DNA of 61,858 nucleotides, the filler included, from Aduncisulcus paluster (taxonomy: Eukaryota), in NCBI GenBank assembly GCA_024181965.1. It is 5 parts of 5 records of this genome, joined end to end, with 100 filler letters (N's around TTAATTAATTAA, not from the genome) between each part and the next. Parts side by side here need not be neighbours in the genome. Positions count along the whole stretch, not along the records: positions 15,078 to 40,222 come from BQXS01011246.1; positions 40,323 to 58,192 come from BQXS01011248.1; 3 more parts are not named here. One strand, 5' to 3'. Below are positions 34,007-44,823 of this stretch, one piece after another (the first letter of the stretch is position 1; every line of letters starts with the position of its first letter). The position numbers and the translations under genes are program-made. The notes under the pieces are model-generated. The model did not search any database and had not been told where the DNA came from. It was given only the letters and a program-made list of their open reading frames with translations.

Positions 34007-35640
34007 ATGGAAAAGATTCAAATGTTAGAAGAGTATGTAATAGAATTTATATTAATTTTTAAAACTTTTTATCGGCTTTTTTGCTAATTCCTGCTCAAAT
34101 ATTTCTGATTATCATTTATCGACATAGGATTCCATTCTCTTTTGAGCACATATCAATTGCTCTTTTACTTTTTGATCTTACTTTGGATGTATTTTTATGT
34201 TTTCGTCAACGTAGGAGGATGAATACTCATTTCCGTGTTCCAAAACTTCTTTCTCTCTTTATCAAGGAAAAAGAATATAGTGATAACCTTGAATATAGCA
34301 AAGATCGGATGTCTTTTAAGTTATTTCAATTGTTGACAGTGAGTTTTGTAAAGATATTTACTCTGAAGCGTTCTCTAGTGTTTTCATATGATATTGCAAC
34401 TTCTATCCTCTCCTTGAAAAATCTTAGCCCTGATGACATTATCCTTAGTAGAAAGTACAGATATGTTCGTGTTATTTTATGGGATTTAATTGGAGATGTT
34501 ATCAATCTCGTTATCACCATTCCTCTCTCAATTTACTCAACTTTTCACATCGAAAAGAAGCATGGATTTAATAAGACGACTCCAATGACCTTTGTTACAG
34601 ATATATTCAAGGAGTTGATTGTTGGTCTCATTTTACAGACTCCCATTGTATTGTTTCTATTGTGGGTCATGGAATCATTCTCTCCAGCGATGATTTTTGT
34701 TGTTTCTACGATATTTATTGCTGTTTTCATTATAATTTCACAAGGATTATACATGTATATCATTGCGCCTCTCTTCAATAAGTTTGAAAACATTGAAAGT
34801 GGTGAATATTACGATGCAATCGTGAAATTGGCTGAGAAGACCGAGATTAACATTAAACAAATCAGAAAGATGGATGCTTCAAGACGGTCCACACATGCCA
34901 ACGCCTATGTTATCGGATTTGGAAACACAAAGCGGATTGTTTTGTATGATACTCTGATCCAACAACTCAATCCCGAGGGTGTTTGTGCCGTTTTGGCCCA
35001 TGAAATTGGTCATGTGAAACACCACCATTCCATCAAAAACATAATTCTCGCCATTTTCTCAGCAAGTTTCATAATTGGATTATTCGTTCTTTTTGTGAAC
35101 ACTCAGAAGGTCTACGATGATATGGGCTTTGGTTACACAATGGTTGGAAGAGAGGTGCTCAATTTACGTGAATGGATAAGGAGGAAAGGGATTTTGTTTA
35201 CGAATGACGAGGAAATGCCTCTTTACAATGTGTATGGAATCAACGATAACCCGATTTTTCTGTCCTTCTCTGTGTTCTCCCTTATTTTAACCCCTGTCAC
35301 TCTGCTGACACATCTTCTTACCCGTTACCTTTCGAGACGTTTTGAGAGGCAGGCGGACACGTATGCTGTCAGTGAACCTTTAAATTATGATCTCATGAGT
35401 ACTTTATGCATTATTTCTATGAATTCAAAGGTATTCTTGGACGATGATTGGCTCTATAGTCTCTTTAAGCATTCTCATCCGAATCTGTTGGAAAGGATGG
35501 AAAGTGTTGGGTGTACAAAAATCAATGTTGAGGCCGTTATAAACAAGGAAAAGGAGAAAAAGAAGAGCGAAGAAGAGGAAAAGAAGCAGAAAAGCGAAGA
35601 GGAGGAGGAAAAAAAGGAAGAAGTTGGGGATGATTGTTAA
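34007..35640 (+). CDS. STE24: CAAX prenyl protease 1 (peptidase M48A); two exons (34007..34032, 34128..35640)
   Basis: IEKKHGFNKTT, MDASRRSTHANAY, KRIVLYDTL, zinc motif AHEIGH, RRFERQAD, SHPNLLER. A 95-nt GTATGT...CATAG intron supplies the ATG. Confidence 0.93.
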
Positions 35641-36089
35641 CAGGCTTAATCCTTTGTTTTCATTGAATTTTCATGATGTAAACTTATATTAGATCCTTTT
35701 AATTTTGTTATTGTCTCGTAATTACATTCTTTACCGCCCGGTTGCAAAATAGTATTTTGGAGATCACTGATCTGAGTGGCATTCCGTGTACACTGTAATT
35801 CATGAATAAAACTGAAAAATACATGTTTCTATCTCTTAGAAGATAAATATTCTCCAAGAAATTCAATGTATTATATCAGAATGACTGGATTCATTTTTTA
35901 TCTTCGGATCTATGAAGGTTAGTTCAATAAAACAGATCAGTATTAATCAATCGAGGGATTTTATTATAATTTATGAAAGAAAATGGTGAATCGTGAAATG
36001 GACTTCCAAGTCGAATATATTTTTGGAATCTTGTCGGATTCAAGGTTGAAGGTTGAATTGGCCTTCGCTCATAGGTAAAATAATTAATT

Positions 36090-37247
36090 ATGGGCTGTAC
36101 TGGATCAATAGCTGCTAATTATCCGATATTGAAAGCTGTGAATATCGAATTGGTGAAGTGTGGGTCTTCTAAATATGTGAATGATGCTATTTTTCCTCTA
36201 TCTGCGGTTTGTACTTCAAAACCATATATTAATGCGTCTAAATTAGAGAGATATGATCAAGAAGGAATGAGATTTTCCGATGTATGTGAAACATTCCATT
36301 TCCTGAAAGAAAACATGCTTTGTCGTGGTCAGTCGGCTCTTGAATTTTCTTCTATTCGGATTCCAATATTAGTTCCATCAACTATACACAATATTTATGT
36401 GTATCACGAATGCGGGATGTTATGTCCCAAGAGATGTCAATTGGTGATTCATATGAGTTCTGGATCTGGTGTTATTATTCCTTATGCTGTAGATTTTAAA
36501 TATCATGGGAAAGATGACTTCTATTGCTGGTTTTCGATACCTGTACACGAGAAGGATGTGATTCAGATCGACATTCGGGTTCTTGAGACTTGGGGAGGAG
36601 ACTTATTTAACGGTCAGGCAAAGTTTTATGGTATTCAAATTGAAGGTGATGAGTTAACCCACGAAGAAATGCTTAAACAAAGGGCTGAATCTGAACGACT
36701 ATTTTCTGAGAGATTAGTTGAGGAAAAAATAACCTTTGTGACAACTGCCAAGGGTCAAAATAGGGAGATAGCCACTGATATTAAACATGTTCCACAAGTA
36801 GGAATAGATTGTGATGTTTTAGCCCCATTGAAACCATCTTCTGAACGTTTGATCTCCATTGATGTTGAAAACACGACTGGAAAGCGAGGAGATGCTCCTT
36901 GTTATGAAGTGAGGGATCTCATTTCATCTTCTGCGTCTGGAAAGCCATACTTTTGCTCGTGTTCGGAGATTCAGATAAAGTTTCAACCCGTTCTCACCTC
37001 TCTCAGCAATATTTATATTATGACCCAAAACGAGAAAAAAGATGTTCCTCTCATTGTGGAACTGTTTGATTCTGCTGGAACATCCAAAAAGAAAGAGGTA
37101 TTTATGCTTGAAATGCTTGTTGAAGATGACGAGTGTCACTGGTATCAAATGCCAATCCAATCCTCTGAAATGGCAATCGGAAGTCTTTCTTTACGGACAG
37201 AAGATGAATCTGAAAGACTTATTTTTGCAATCCAATTCGAGTCATGA
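36090..37247 (+). CDS. Putatively N-acylated (MGC) protein with two APC10/DOC-like beta-sandwich domains
   Basis: MGCTGS N-terminus. Units IRIPILVPSTIHNIYVY...CPKRCQL...WFSIPVHEKDVIQIDIRVLETWGG...FYGIQI and IQIKF...LSNIYI...WYQMPI...IFAIQF. Confidence 0.78.
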   Translation: MGCTGSIAANYPILKAVNIELVKCGSSKYVNDAIFPLSAVCTSKPYINASKLERYDQEGMRFSDVCETFHFLKENMLCRGQSALEFSSIRIPILVPSTIHNIYVYHECGMLCPKRCQLVIHMSSGSGVIIPYAVDFKYHGKDDFYCWFSIPVHEKDVIQIDIRVLETWGGDLFNGQAKFYGIQIEGDELTHEEMLKQRAESERLFSERLVEEKITFVTTAKGQNREIATDIKHVPQVGIDCDVLAPLKPSSERLISIDVENTTGKRGDAPCYEVRDLISSSASGKPYFCSCSEIQIKFQPVLTSLSNIYIMTQNEKKDVPLIVELFDSAGTSKKKEVFMLEMLVEDDECHWYQMPIQSSEMAIGSLSLRTEDESERLIFAIQFES

Positions 37248-37872
37248 GATGAAAAACAACCTCCATTTGAAATTAATGGTATAGAACTCTTTTTTTTAAA
37301 AAACATTTTTTTGGCATCTTTATTTCGTTATCTTTTTTAAACATGTGTGGTTTTGAAAAGCGTTTCTCATTTCAACTTTTTGAATTTCATTTTTCTTTCT
37401 TGTTATTTTTGTTTTTGTCTTAAGGTATTTTTCATTTCTTCAAATTTTTTACATAATATTATCTTACTTTTGCGTCATTTCTAAAACAAAATGTAACTTT
37501 ATTTCTATTTCCTTCCATCTCACCTTTCTCAATCTGGTTAAATTGGCAATATTATAATACTAAGCTTCAAAAGTGCCAAAGAATATCTATTTTGGAATCT
37601 TACATGTTCTTCTCTGAAAATCAATCACCAACAATCAGAACAATCCTGTTTTATCGTCCTATTTGCTTCGGATATTCATCAAATAACAGGATATTTCAAG
37701 AGGGTTTTATAAGAAGATTAATATTCTAATTCTGTTCAAAAAAAATTTATAATATATTTTGACACTTGTTTCTCGTCAATAAAAATATGATGGAATTCAT
37801 AGATTTAACAGCAGACTAATGGTTCTAATAATAGAAATCTATTTTTAGATAAATAAAAATAGATTTCTATTA

Positions 37873-40222
37873 TTAGAACCATTTAAACTCTTCCATTGTT
37901 GATACAATTTCTGACCCATCAAATATACTCCTTCCATCAATTCTCATCTGAATGATGTTTCCATCGTCGCATTTCCCCACAATAATATTTCCAACCACCC
38001 AAAAAGTCTCAAATATGAACTCAGAAAGGACCTTGGTTCGAATCAGGGCATCACCTTTGTTGACAATAAATTGGACGAGAAGAATCTTTCCGGCATCACT
38101 TCCAACACATACAATGCCACCGCTTGTGATCCCACAGCCATTTGCCGTGGTAAGACCACGTCGCTGGTGAGAAGTAGAAGAGGTAGGAGAGGCTTGGGGG
38201 GGCATATCAGGTTGGATAGAACACACTCGGAACCAAAGAGGTTCACAACATCCGTGTGAATAAAGACCAACGCTGCCACAGTGCTGGACANNNNNNNNNN
38301 NNNNNNNNNNGGTTCGAATCAGGGCATCACCTTTGTTGACAATAAATTGGACGAGAAGAATCTTTCCGGCATCACTTCCAACACATACAATGCCACCGCT
38401 TGTGATCCCACAGCCATTTGCCGTGGTAAGACCACGTCGCTGGTGAGAAGTAGAAGAGGTAGGAGAGTCTTGGGGGGGCATATCAGGTTGGATAGAACAC
38501 ACTCGGAACCAAAGAGGTTCACAACATCCGTGTGAATAAAGACCAACGCTGCCACAGTGCTGGACAACAATGAATGAGCCAGGACATTCTGGGAGGGATT
38601 TAATATAATCTATTTTTGGAAGGTGAGAATGTTCAAAAGGTGGTAAATATGAAGTTGGGGCAAGATCAGAACCCACCACAACTCCAACAATAGCCCCACT
38701 CTCCTTCCCAATGATATATGAAGGATACGGATGAGACACAGATCCCACGGAAGTTATACTGTCCAGTGAAGCAGACAATTGTGCATATTTATGCACATGG
38801 GTGAAAGAGCATGTGAATTGACTCTCGGATATCACACTCCACTTGCTTACAGTGCCATTGACATCCACACACACAACACTGGCACCTCGTTTCTTCTTAT
38901 CTTCACACCCACATGCAGCTGCAAGCATACATGTGGTGGATCTTGGGGGATGTAATAAAAGGATTTTTGGCGCAATATGTCCTTGAGTGGGTGATCCATG
39001 CTGGAAATTGGGAGGAGAATATGAGCACAGACATGATCCATCACCGAGAACAAGCACAAGATGTGAGGGGGTGAGTAAAACATTCATCAGAGAGTGCCCA
39101 AATGACACTTTTGAAGGAAATATTGGGTCGGATGGAGAAGAATGGGGGTTTTCCTGATCCTTGGTTAGTTGGGTAGTTGTATTATTAAGAGAAGGGAGAC
39201 ATATGGGAAGAATATAGACAGCAATTGGGTCAAAGTTTGCTGAAATAACAATAGAAAAGGTCAGGGCGAGGGATGAAAGGCCAAGTTTGGAGAGGGAGAG
39301 AGGGAACGTGGAGGGAGACAAATCGTCACAATAAGAATCCACAATACCTGTGGTTTCATCATCAAGTTCAGTTGGTTGAGATGAATGTTTTGTGTCTCGG
39401 AGGGTTGGTTTAATTCGTAATTCGTGATCATGAGAGAGTTTCTTCCTTTTTTGCGCTTTGGAGGCTTTCTGAAATTCCAGCACACTTTTCTCCTCTTTAG
39501 TCATAACATAAGGAAGTTCTGACAATTCAATTCCACTTTGCTGACTTAGTTGAGCCATGATACAATGATTGGCTGTAATTGAGCCTTCATAGCCCTGAGC
39601 TGAGGAACTATTTGGAGAGGTTTTCAGATCAACATCAAGATCGGCAAGGTCAAGAAAATCACAAGATATGACATCTTCATTTTCCACAGAATCTTCTTTT
39701 GCTTGCCTTTTCCTTTTCAAAATAAGCTTATCGACTTTCTCAACAACACTAGGTGAGAATATAGCATTTACAACAATGCTGGAATAACCAGAAGTGTTGC
39801 AAACTCCATGCCCAATTATATCAAATGACAAAATTCGATCAAGATCTCGAGGAGATAATATCTTACAAAAAACATGAGAGGAGATTATGGTTAATATTGG
39901 TAACATGATGGAATTCATCTTATAAGAACGCTGATTCACATATATATCATCCATATAAAATGTAGATGGGCTAGATAAATGTTTAACATCGGAATCATTT
40001 TGTTGACTCATTATTTCTTTATGTTTTTTGGCAAAAGACTTTTCCTGCCTGAATAATGAAAATATCGTCTCTTTACCTTGTAAAAAGGATAATAAAGAAT
40101 CTTTTTCCCGCTTTTTTTCATTTTTTACAAGTGAACTAACAACAATATCACCAGAATCATCAACAATTGAATGGCATTCACTAAGAGGTATAAATGATTC
40201 TTCACCGATTTTGTTACTAATT
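37873..40222 (-). CDS. Divergent WD40 beta-propeller protein, possibly dynein-intermediate-chain-like; 5'-truncated by the linker
   Basis: The frame is open from the gap at 40222 through ATG 40011. WD-like blades CVDVNGTVSKW, IIGKESGAIV, VQHCGSVGLY, VGSDAGKILL. The dynein assignment is tentative. Confidence 0.6.
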
Positions 40223-40322
40223 NNNNNNNNNNNNNNNNNNNNNNNNNNNNNNNNNNNNNNNNNNNNTTAATTAATTAANNNNNNNNNNNNNNNNNNNNNN
40301 NNNNNNNNNNNNNNNNNNNNNN

Positions 40323-40967
40323 GTCTTCTATGCCGGAATAACGGAAAAAGGCTTCTAATCGATCAAGAGCCTGCTCTTTGGAAATAAGGCGAAGACTGGC
40401 GGCCATTACTGACATTGGAGCTCCAATAGTGGTACAAGCGATACATTTCGAACTCTTGTCTGGATGAGAATGATCGTGCAAACAGTGTTTTTCGTGTTCT
40501 AGATGTGATTCTTGATGGGCAGTGGCTTCCAGGAGTCTAGTTTGATTCTCAGATAATGAGCCAGTTCTCAAGCTGGAATGGATCGGACACAATGACACAA
40601 CCTCAGCAATTCCGATAGCTGCTTCCAAATCTGCGATTTTACCATTTAAACTTGTAATTTCGTTTTCAATTTGAGTAAATTGTGAAAATGATTCACTATC
40701 TCTTCTATCCTTATATTTTTCTATCTTTTTTAATAATTGTTGACGTTTTTCCTTGAGTTTTCTTGTATACGACTGAAGAATGATGAGAACGATGAGAATT
40801 GAATAAGTAGTCGATATGATGTGGAATCACCAAAATATTTCATAGAAACATACTCTTTGACCTTTGGCTTTTTTTTGACAAGCAGTGCTACAATATCTTT
40901 TTGATGTTTTCTTGCTGGAGAACTTCGATTGGCATCCAGGCTGTAGACAGTGTCGCACACTTTCCAT
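40323..40967 (-). CDS. Spliced zinc-finger/coiled-coil protein resembling the C-terminal (SET1-interacting) region of CXXC1/CFP1/Spp1; exons 40967..40854 and 40772..gap; 3'-truncated
   Basis: MESVRHCLQPGCQSKFSSKKTSKRYCSTACQKKAKGQR, then an 81-nt intron GTATGT...TTCAG containing an in-frame TGA, then SYTRKLKE...DLEAAIGIA...KCIAC...ALDRLEAFF. Confidence 0.62.
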
Positions 40968-41121
40968 GGTTTAGTATTTCAAATAATATTTGATACTACG
41001 ATGAAATAGCCCTTTGATGTCTGTGTTATCAAATGAAAACTGTCATATCAGAATGATTTTCGATTTTTTAAATTCACAGATGAAAAAATGAAATTATTTT
41101 TACTCGCCGTTCGTGTGTTAA

Positions 41122-44100
41122 TTAAAATCCTTCCAAGTTTTGTGAGATATTATCAATGTAGAGTTGGAGATCTGACATTGTTTCTTTCTGGTGTTGAATT
41201 TGAGATCTCAACACCTCTTCTTTTGCTTTCTTTTCCCTCTCTCTTTCTTGAAGTTTAATTTCTCTTTCTTTTCTCTTGGTTTCTTTGGAAAGATCCACCG
41301 GTTCAGATTGATGTAACCGTTGATCCCCCATCTTCCGGCATTCTTCATCAACTACATCTAGTCGGTCATCGGCCTGTGCAAAGTGTGAAATCTTATTTGA
41401 CACCTCTTCTGTCGATTGAATTCCACTCTGAGTAACGGTCGACTCATCATCACTCAAAGTAACAACGGTCATCCCATCTTCCTCATCACCTGAAGAGCCT
41501 CGGTGTGGATGTTTGGGTGCTATTTTTGGAATAGGATGAGAAGAAGATGAAGATGAAGATGTATGAGACGAGTGAGGATGTTTTGGGGGAAGTGGTGATT
41601 CTGTATGAATTGATTCTGTATGAATTGATTCTGTATGAATTGATTGAGAGGATAAATCATGAGTGATAGAAGTATCTTCTGGAACATTAGTATTTGAATC
41701 TTTCAAAAGATAAGGCCTTGATCCAATAGGCAATGAGTTTCGATGGATTTGTTTCCGACTCAGAGCATTTATGGTGATGATTGCACGTTCATCAGCCTCC
41801 GAGGATGAGGATGAAGACTCACTCACAGCTTCTGCACTCTGATCACCTGAAGTATATTTATCGTCATCGATCTCTTCCCATTTGCTCTCCCACCTTCCCT
41901 TGAGAAGGTCTGAATGTTCAATTCCACCAAACTGCTCATCTTCACGGACTGCATTTTCATCTTCATGAAGAAGTGGGGCATGGATGTCTGATTGAATAAC
42001 AGGGGACTGATCTGCTGGATTGGTGGCTATTTTTGGAACAGGGTGAGAAGAAGAAGTGGAAGGAAGATGATCCCTGTGAACACTGAGTGTTGATGGACCA
42101 GAAATCGATGGTGAGGACGAAGCTTGACGATTGAGATGTTTCAAACTCCCACTCATGTTCCTTGTAAGGGCAGGGTGGACAAGAGTATGTTCTGAATCAA
42201 CCTCTTCCTCGATCCTTCGACGCAGCTCAGCTCGTGCTTTCTTGTCCTTCTTCCTGAGTTCTTCAGTCAAAGCTTGAACCCTCTCTTTCTCTTGTTGCAA
42301 TTGCCTCTTAAGATCTGAGTTCGACCTACTCATTGTGAGAAACTCTTGACGTCTTATAATATTCGACTTTGAAGGAGTAGAGTGCATAACGTCAGAGGCA
42401 CTCTCATGACCCCCAACAATATCCTGAATATGTGGCTGTGAACGTCCATCTCTGACCGAGGGAATACGAGTTCTTTTGGAGGCAGAAGAAGAGTCGGAAT
42501 GCGGGAGAGATTTTGGCATTGGAGTGTGAGCAGCGTCAATGAATGGGTTAGATGGACGAATGGTTGAGTGAGATGCCCGTGGAGTCCTTGGATTTGACTG
42601 AGATGTGGGTGAGGAATGGGCAGATCCAGATCCATCAGTCTCTTTTCCCTTTTGTAGTGTAACAGATGTAACTTTATGAGCAGTCATACCAACATTTCTT
42701 GTAGATACACAGCCACATGTCTCTAACATGAAGCCAAGGGTGTTGTTAGAAGTCATCACAGAGGATGCTGATGTATCACGACACAACGAGGACAGCTGCA
42801 ATGATAGGGATTCAATAAGACGTAAAGTATTGCTTGAGAGATGATGCTGATGGAATTCGTGTGTAGAATCGTCTTGGAATGTGGACTCACTGTCCTCAAA
42901 AGCAGGAGAAGGATCCAAGGAGATGTGTGAGGGTATATCAAGGGAATTTTGACGGATTTGACCCAGGTGTGATGTGGACTTGGCCGTGTATTTGCTTCCT
43001 TTGTCGCCAGCATCAATTTGATGTGAATCAGATGTCTTCGCTGCTGACAAAAGTTCTTTGCTTTCAGTTGTATCACATGACGTCCGAAGTTTCACTTCAA
43101 TGTCACGCACGATGGAACATATTTTTTCCCATTTAGACAGCTCACTGGAGAGGGCAAGACCAATTCCAGATGAGAATAACTCCCCGAGTTGGTGTGCGAG
43201 GGTTTCAGCAGAGGAATAGAGACGTGTGAATAGGGAACTGACAAGAGCGGTGCATTCGGAGCAACTATTTGACAAGTTACGCATGATTGTACATTGTGAA
43301 GCTCTCTGTTTCAGCAGTGAGTGGCATTTTCCCTTACTCATCCGCTGTCTGGCTTCCATCTCTTCCCTTTCTCGTCTTTCACTCGATAAAGTCTTCTCTT
43401 TTCTCTCAAGAAGAGCTTCATGGTCCTTCCTAATCTTTGATAATTCTCTTTGCTGGAGATGATTAACATGTTGAAGCTGGGATTCAAGATCTTTCACTCG
43501 AGAAGACAATTGTTTCTCCACACGAGATCCACTGCTCTTGAGTTTGAATAATTCAGAGTTAAGTTGTTTGTTTCGTTTTATGAGTTCATCCCGCTCAGTG
43601 AAATGAGAATGCCGGAGCAAAGCATTTTCTTTCCGAAGACCATTAATCTGCATTAACAGTGACTGCTCAGCCATCACAGTGGAGTGAGAGAAAGGAGAGG
43701 AAGGGGTGTATGATCCAAAACCATAGGCAGATGTACTGGGGCCCACTGTGCTGTTGGTGGTTGAAGAGGACATAACAGAACTCGAAGACGTGGACCCATA
43801 GCCAGAGGAACTGCTGGAGCTTAGGGAAGTTGAGAATTTAGGGCTTTGATGGAGTGAAGTTGAGAGAAAAGAAGAAGAAGAAGGAAGATATGAAGAGGTC
43901 GAGAGAGGCTGGTGGAAATATGAAGGGGAATGAGGTGTTGAAGATGAGGAGGTTTGAGAGTATTTTTTGGGAGAAGTGGTCGACTTTGTGGATGAAAATA
44001 GCTTAATAGGCTGTGATAATTCTCCCCAATCTTCGATACTCTCATCGGTTGTCAAGGGAATTTCAGGAACCGGGGGGAATGGGATTGACTCTTTTGTAAT

Positions 44101-44667
44101 GTTATCATAGTCAGTTGGAGGTCCGTGGGGAGATGAAGAAGAAGAAATGGATTTAGGGGGCGATTCTTTGACTTTATCTGGGATATCTGGATGAGAATCA
44201 TATTCACGCGGTTTATCATGGGGTAAATGTCCTAATGTTTGCCTAGTACTACTTTTGTCGCCATGAGATCCCAATAAATTCTGGATACGCTCTTCATTTT
44301 CTTCTTGAATAGATTTTTTTCGATGATCATAATATTCCGAGTCTCCAGTAGTTTTCCCCGCGTCATATTTTGTTGAAATGTATGATTTATATGTAATATC
44401 TGTTTGGTCATCATCAGAAGATGCATGAGAAAAAGAAAAGGCTCGCGATCTTTCTGGGGCGGCAGATACTTCCCTTTCATTTTCAATTTTACCATCTTGA
44501 TAACTTTCTATCGAATTTGATGCTGGAACATAGGATAACGGATGTGGAATATGAGTAAATTCTCCCGGATTAGACATAATGCTGATAGGACGGGTTTGAG
44601 ATGAGGAAGGAGTATGAAATCCGTAGGGAAGATTTACAGGATTTAATTTATCTCGAGAATATGACAT
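41122..44667 (-). CDS. Large Ser-rich coiled-coil protein of unknown function
   Basis: 1181-aa ORF with several coiled-coil-like segments and a 15-bp x3 repeat (SIHTE) at 41596..41640. Confidence 0.82.
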   Translation of the reverse strand: MSYSRDKLNPVNLPYGFHTPSSSQTRPISIMSNPGEFTHIPHPLSYVPASNSIESYQDGKIENEREVSAAPERSRAFSFSHASSDDDQTDITYKSYISTKYDAGKTTGDSEYYDHRKKSIQEENEERIQNLLGSHGDKSSTRQTLGHLPHDKPREYDSHPDIPDKVKESPPKSISSSSSPHGPPTDYDNITKESIPFPPVPEIPLTTDESIEDWGELSQPIKLFSSTKSTTSPKKYSQTSSSSTPHSPSYFHQPLSTSSYLPSSSSFLSTSLHQSPKFSTSLSSSSSSGYGSTSSSSVMSSSTTNSTVGPSTSAYGFGSYTPSSPFSHSTVMAEQSLLMQINGLRKENALLRHSHFTERDELIKRNKQLNSELFKLKSSGSRVEKQLSSRVKDLESQLQHVNHLQQRELSKIRKDHEALLERKEKTLSSERREREEMEARQRMSKGKCHSLLKQRASQCTIMRNLSNSCSECTALVSSLFTRLYSSAETLAHQLGELFSSGIGLALSSELSKWEKICSIVRDIEVKLRTSCDTTESKELLSAAKTSDSHQIDAGDKGSKYTAKSTSHLGQIRQNSLDIPSHISLDPSPAFEDSESTFQDDSTHEFHQHHLSSNTLRLIESLSLQLSSLCRDTSASSVMTSNNTLGFMLETCGCVSTRNVGMTAHKVTSVTLQKGKETDGSGSAHSSPTSQSNPRTPRASHSTIRPSNPFIDAAHTPMPKSLPHSDSSSASKRTRIPSVRDGRSQPHIQDIVGGHESASDVMHSTPSKSNIIRRQEFLTMSRSNSDLKRQLQQEKERVQALTEELRKKDKKARAELRRRIEEEVDSEHTLVHPALTRNMSGSLKHLNRQASSSPSISGPSTLSVHRDHLPSTSSSHPVPKIATNPADQSPVIQSDIHAPLLHEDENAVREDEQFGGIEHSDLLKGRWESKWEEIDDDKYTSGDQSAEAVSESSSSSSEADERAIITINALSRKQIHRNSLPIGSRPYLLKDSNTNVPEDTSITHDLSSQSIHTESIHTESIHTESPLPPKHPHSSHTSSSSSSSHPIPKIAPKHPHRGSSGDEEDGMTVVTLSDDESTVTQSGIQSTEEVSNKISHFAQADDRLDVVDEECRKMGDQRLHQSEPVDLSKETKRKEREIKLQEREREKKAKEEVLRSQIQHQKETMSDLQLYIDNISQNLEGF

Positions 44668-44823
44668 ATATTTGGGTCAAAACTTATATATTGTAGACAA
44701 AAATGAAAAAAATTTACGATCATTGCGAAATATAACGAATAATAATAATTTATTGACAGTTTCACGAATATTGATAAACAAATATGCAATAAATATATGA
44801 TATTAATAATTTACATTGGATAA

